Shown here: piece after piece, positions 60,006 through 64,000 of the stretch
How the letters are laid out: each line of letters begins with the position of its first letter
Numbering within the stretch: position 1 is the first letter of the stretch
NCBI GenBank assembly: GCA_964016885.1
Contig: OZ024752.1
Span: 1,364,001-1,428,000 of the forward strand
Length of the DNA: 64,000 nt
From: Eledone cirrhosa
Taxonomy: Eukaryota
Direction of reading: 5' to 3'
Notes under the pieces: generated by a model
Databases searched by the model: none
What the model was told of the DNA's origin: nothing
What the model saw: the letters and a program-made list of their open reading frames with translations, nothing else
Position numbers and translations under genes: made by a program

Positions 60006-60019
60006 ACACACACACACAT

Positions 60020-60060
<41 letters not shown>

Positions 60061-60167
60061 TACATATATAAATATCGATATTAAAGAATTTGACCTACAG
60101 ACACCAAAAATCATTATATGCTCCTCTGAAATTATGTATACAAGTATATATATATATATATATACAT

Positions 60168-60224
<57 letters not shown>

Positions 60225-60275
60225 CACACACAGTGATATTAAATAAATGTAAATTATATTTATAAAACCATATTC

Positions 60276-60334
60276 ATTCTATTATATATATTTCAAGGGT
60301 ACCAAAACTTTGGTACGCCCTCATCAGATAAAAT
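60276..60334 (-). ncRNA. Type I hammerhead ribozyme motif, intact, within PLE-like fragment 60245-60390
   Basis: attttat-CTGATGA-gggcgtaccaaa/tttggtaccc-ttGAAA-TATATA-TA-atagaat. Confidence 0.8.
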
Positions 60335-60879
60335 ACAAAGTTTGTTTTATAAATATTGACATAACCAGGATGAAGAACTTAACGGTTCAATTTTTACTGT
60401 CGAGTGATTTGAATGTTGATTATATATATATGTATATGTGTACACAAATGTTATCTATATATACATATATACATACACAGAAATACACAGCCCCACATTC
60501 ACACACACATATATATATACATAATGTTTGTTCATTCGCTATTGTAATTAAGTTTTGTTTATCTTGATTTATATTTCTTATTACAAACTTCTATTTGACT
60601 TTGTCGTCCTATTTATATGTTCAAGTACTTTTTTTATTTTCTATTTTGTTTCGGATGTTTGGTTTACTTAATTCGTTTGCTCCACTTCTAACATGACCGA
60701 ACAGAATATACACAGCACAGCAAATAAAGAGATCACGCGACTTCTCTCCAACATTCAAAATCTACCTAAATTTGCATTTCTGTTGATGATGGTAAATTTT
60801 TCGTTATATGCATTATTGTTTGCTGTATCCTGGCATTCTTTCTCTCAACACAACGGTGTTTTCCTTTATAATATGTTAT

Positions 60880-61426
<547 letters not shown>

Positions 61427-61716
61427 CTTTTTTTCCTTTTTTCTTTTTGATTTTTTTACCTTCATCTTCTTATCACTAGCAGATTATATGAGATGAATGT
61501 GTATTACTGCATTCCCCAGTTGAAATTCAATCTGACATTTACAAATCAGAATGTTTTGTGAGTAAAGGTCTGTCGGAATAATAGGAAATAAATTATATCA
61601 ACATAACACTTGTGTATATAATCATTAATTCAGCTGTTAATCAATGGCCTCGGATAAACCATGACTTTAGTGGTGTTGAAATGAAAGTCAAATCTGCTTG
61701 AAACAGCAACATAAAT

Positions 61717-61774
<58 letters not shown>

Positions 61775-61806
61775 CACTACAACGACTACGACTACGACTA
61801 CTACTT

Positions 61807-61838
<32 letters not shown>

Positions 61839-61848
61839 ACTGCTACTG

Positions 61849-61879
<31 letters not shown>

Positions 61880-61881
61880 AT

Positions 61882-61964
<83 letters not shown>

Positions 61965-61986
61965 GCTGCTACTACTGCTACTACTG

Positions 61987-62058
<72 letters not shown>

Positions 62059-62085
62059 ACACTACTACTACTGCTACTACTACTA
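61717..62085. repeat. (CTA)n trinucleotide microsatellite (another at 30791-30850)
   Basis: Direct reading; explains the poly-S/T/V ORFs. Confidence 0.97.
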
Positions 62086-62118
62086 ATATTTTGGTCTATA
62101 TCTCTGTCTTGCACGCCA

Positions 62119-62740
62119 TCTGTAATATATATATATAAAACTGAGGATGTCTGTGTGTGTGTGTGTGAGTTTGAATCCTGAAAACGCAAGAAACACCCAA
62201 CCGACTGTTTTCAAACTTTACACATCTAATACTTATGTTTTAGGGAGTGTTACCCACATAAACAAATTCCACTTGTTGATCCCTAGGGCCCGCATTAGGT
62301 GAAAAACTGCGTTTTTTCAGTTTTTAAAGGTTTTTTGAGGCGTTACGTCAGAACGATTTCCTTGAAATTGTAACTATGTATTAGTCAGTCTCTTCTTCAT
62401 ACCGTGAGCAAAGAAAATGCAACTTTTTTATGGCCTTGGGCCCACATTAGGTGAAAAACTTCATTTTTCAGCTATTAAGGGCTTTTTTGAGGCGTTAAGT
62501 ATAGCCGATTTTCCCGAAATTTCAAGGCATATTATGCACATCCCCTAGGGCCCGCATTAGGTGAAAATCTGCAATTTTCCTGCTTCATCGAGTAAAATCT
62601 TAAAGATTATCCTGCCATCAGTGTATTCGGTTTATTTTCTTTACATATTGTCCGGGCATGCAGTTTTTCCACGATTAGGTCTGTTGGCGGCCCGCGTTCC
62701 AAAATACCTTATCCCGTGCAACGCCGGGTACCACTGCTAG
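62119..62740 (+). mobile_element. Non-autonomous Helitron
   Basis: a|TCTGTAATATATATATATAAAA 5' end; 3' hairpin cccgtgc-aac-gccggg followed by CTAG|t; three internal gggccc.cattaggtgaaaa repeats. Confidence 0.8.
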
Positions 62741-63875
62741 TTATACCATATAGGGAAGGGATATAGGGAAGGGATATATTCATAGCAAGATTTGAATTCA
62801 TGTAAATATGAGACAGTGATATGTATATGTATATGTAGATACATACAGTATATATAATGAAACATACAGTATATTGCCAAATATACAATACATACATTCA
62901 TGTATACATCGCTGTTTCAGAGCACCAATATTAATACTTAATTTGTGCTGGACCGGCAAAAGCACTGTTTAATCAGCTCTTAAATATTACTGGAATTATA
63001 TAAGAATACAGCTTCTATAACCCTCGACAGAAGCGAAGGTGTACGTGGTCTTGATAAGTGCTAACGAGCGAGAAACAGGACTATCGATCACTCTTCCTTG
63101 CTTTTGTCGAGAATAAGTAAATTGCATAGTCACTACTTTAAATCTCATAGCGAATGGACTTGAAAATGTTTTTAATTAAACATACAGTATATTTCCAAAT
63201 ATACTATATATATATATGTGTGTGGTTAAATGGGGATTGCTATTACATACCGTTGTGAATTGTAATACTGTTTGAAATAACTATAAGGTTCTTTGCTAAC
63301 ATGTTCCTCATTAAATATAACAAATATATAAAGATATCACTCATTAAGATAATATTCATATATTCCCACAAATACTGCATGTTTCAATGCAATGTGTTAA
63401 AATCAAATGTTAGGTAACCGCAATGATTCAATATTTAAGTTAACAGAGCTCTGGGGAATAGACTATTTTCAAATCTATAGATTTACAGTTTCAAACCAAC
63501 TTTTACTAATATACTGTATTTTTCTCAATAACTGTGACCAGTATGATTCTGGATCTGATTATAGACAACTTAACTGTAGCCTAAAACATGTGTAATAAGC
63601 TAAACTACATTAAATTTATTATGTGCCAGATATTATTAAGTAGGGGTCAACAAGAAACACGATAATACATATTTTCATTTTAAAATATTTTATCTTGCCT
63701 TCTTATAACTAAAATTTAAAAACATTTACCGTTAGGAAAGCATAAATTATGAAAGGTTGCATTAAATGATATTTACGCGTTGATTTTTATGATGTGTGAT
63801 TATGTATTCTGCTACTGAATATTCGAATTAAATATCTAACGATTATTGGCAATAGCTGCAATGCATATATAGTAA

Positions 63876-64000
63876 ATAATTGTTTCTACTTTAGGCACAA
63901 AGCCAGCAATTACACAGTGCATTACTGGTACTTTATTTTATCGACCCCGTAAGGATGAAAGGCAAAGTCAACCTCGGCGGGATTTGAAGTCAGATCGTAA
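63876..64000 (-). mobile_element. SINE (cut by the window edge)
   Basis: Tail, core and B-box-like sequence of the main family. Confidence 0.88.

Overview
AT-rich eukaryotic genomic DNA, very dense in (TA)n/(CA)n/(GA)n microsatellites. The SINE and RTE repertoire suggests an octopus or other coleoid cephalopod (inference). Most listed ORFs are microsatellite read-throughs. Supportable content: a decayed DD37D (maT) Tc1/mariner element, two non-autonomous Helitrons, about 12 copies of a tRNA-type SINE, RTE-type LINE fragments, an R4/Dong-like fragment inside (TAA)n, a Penelope-like element (PLE) 3' fragment with a GIY-YIG endonuclease, and one long minus-strand coding exon (48.4-50.7 kb; His/Cys-rich, 12-aa tandem repeat, no recognised homologue). 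The most notable pattern is about 20 short inserts within (TA)n tracts, from several sequence-unrelated families, that share one architecture. They show a fold-back inverted repeat, a type I hammerhead ribozyme (HHR) motif, and a one-sided tail that begins with a conserved (A/G)CTC..GAG(Y)(R)CT stem-loop. The tail-less arm ends at an internal TA-like patch, which suggests twin priming on self-complementary (TA)n targets. All alignments, folds and coordinates were read by eye and are approximate.
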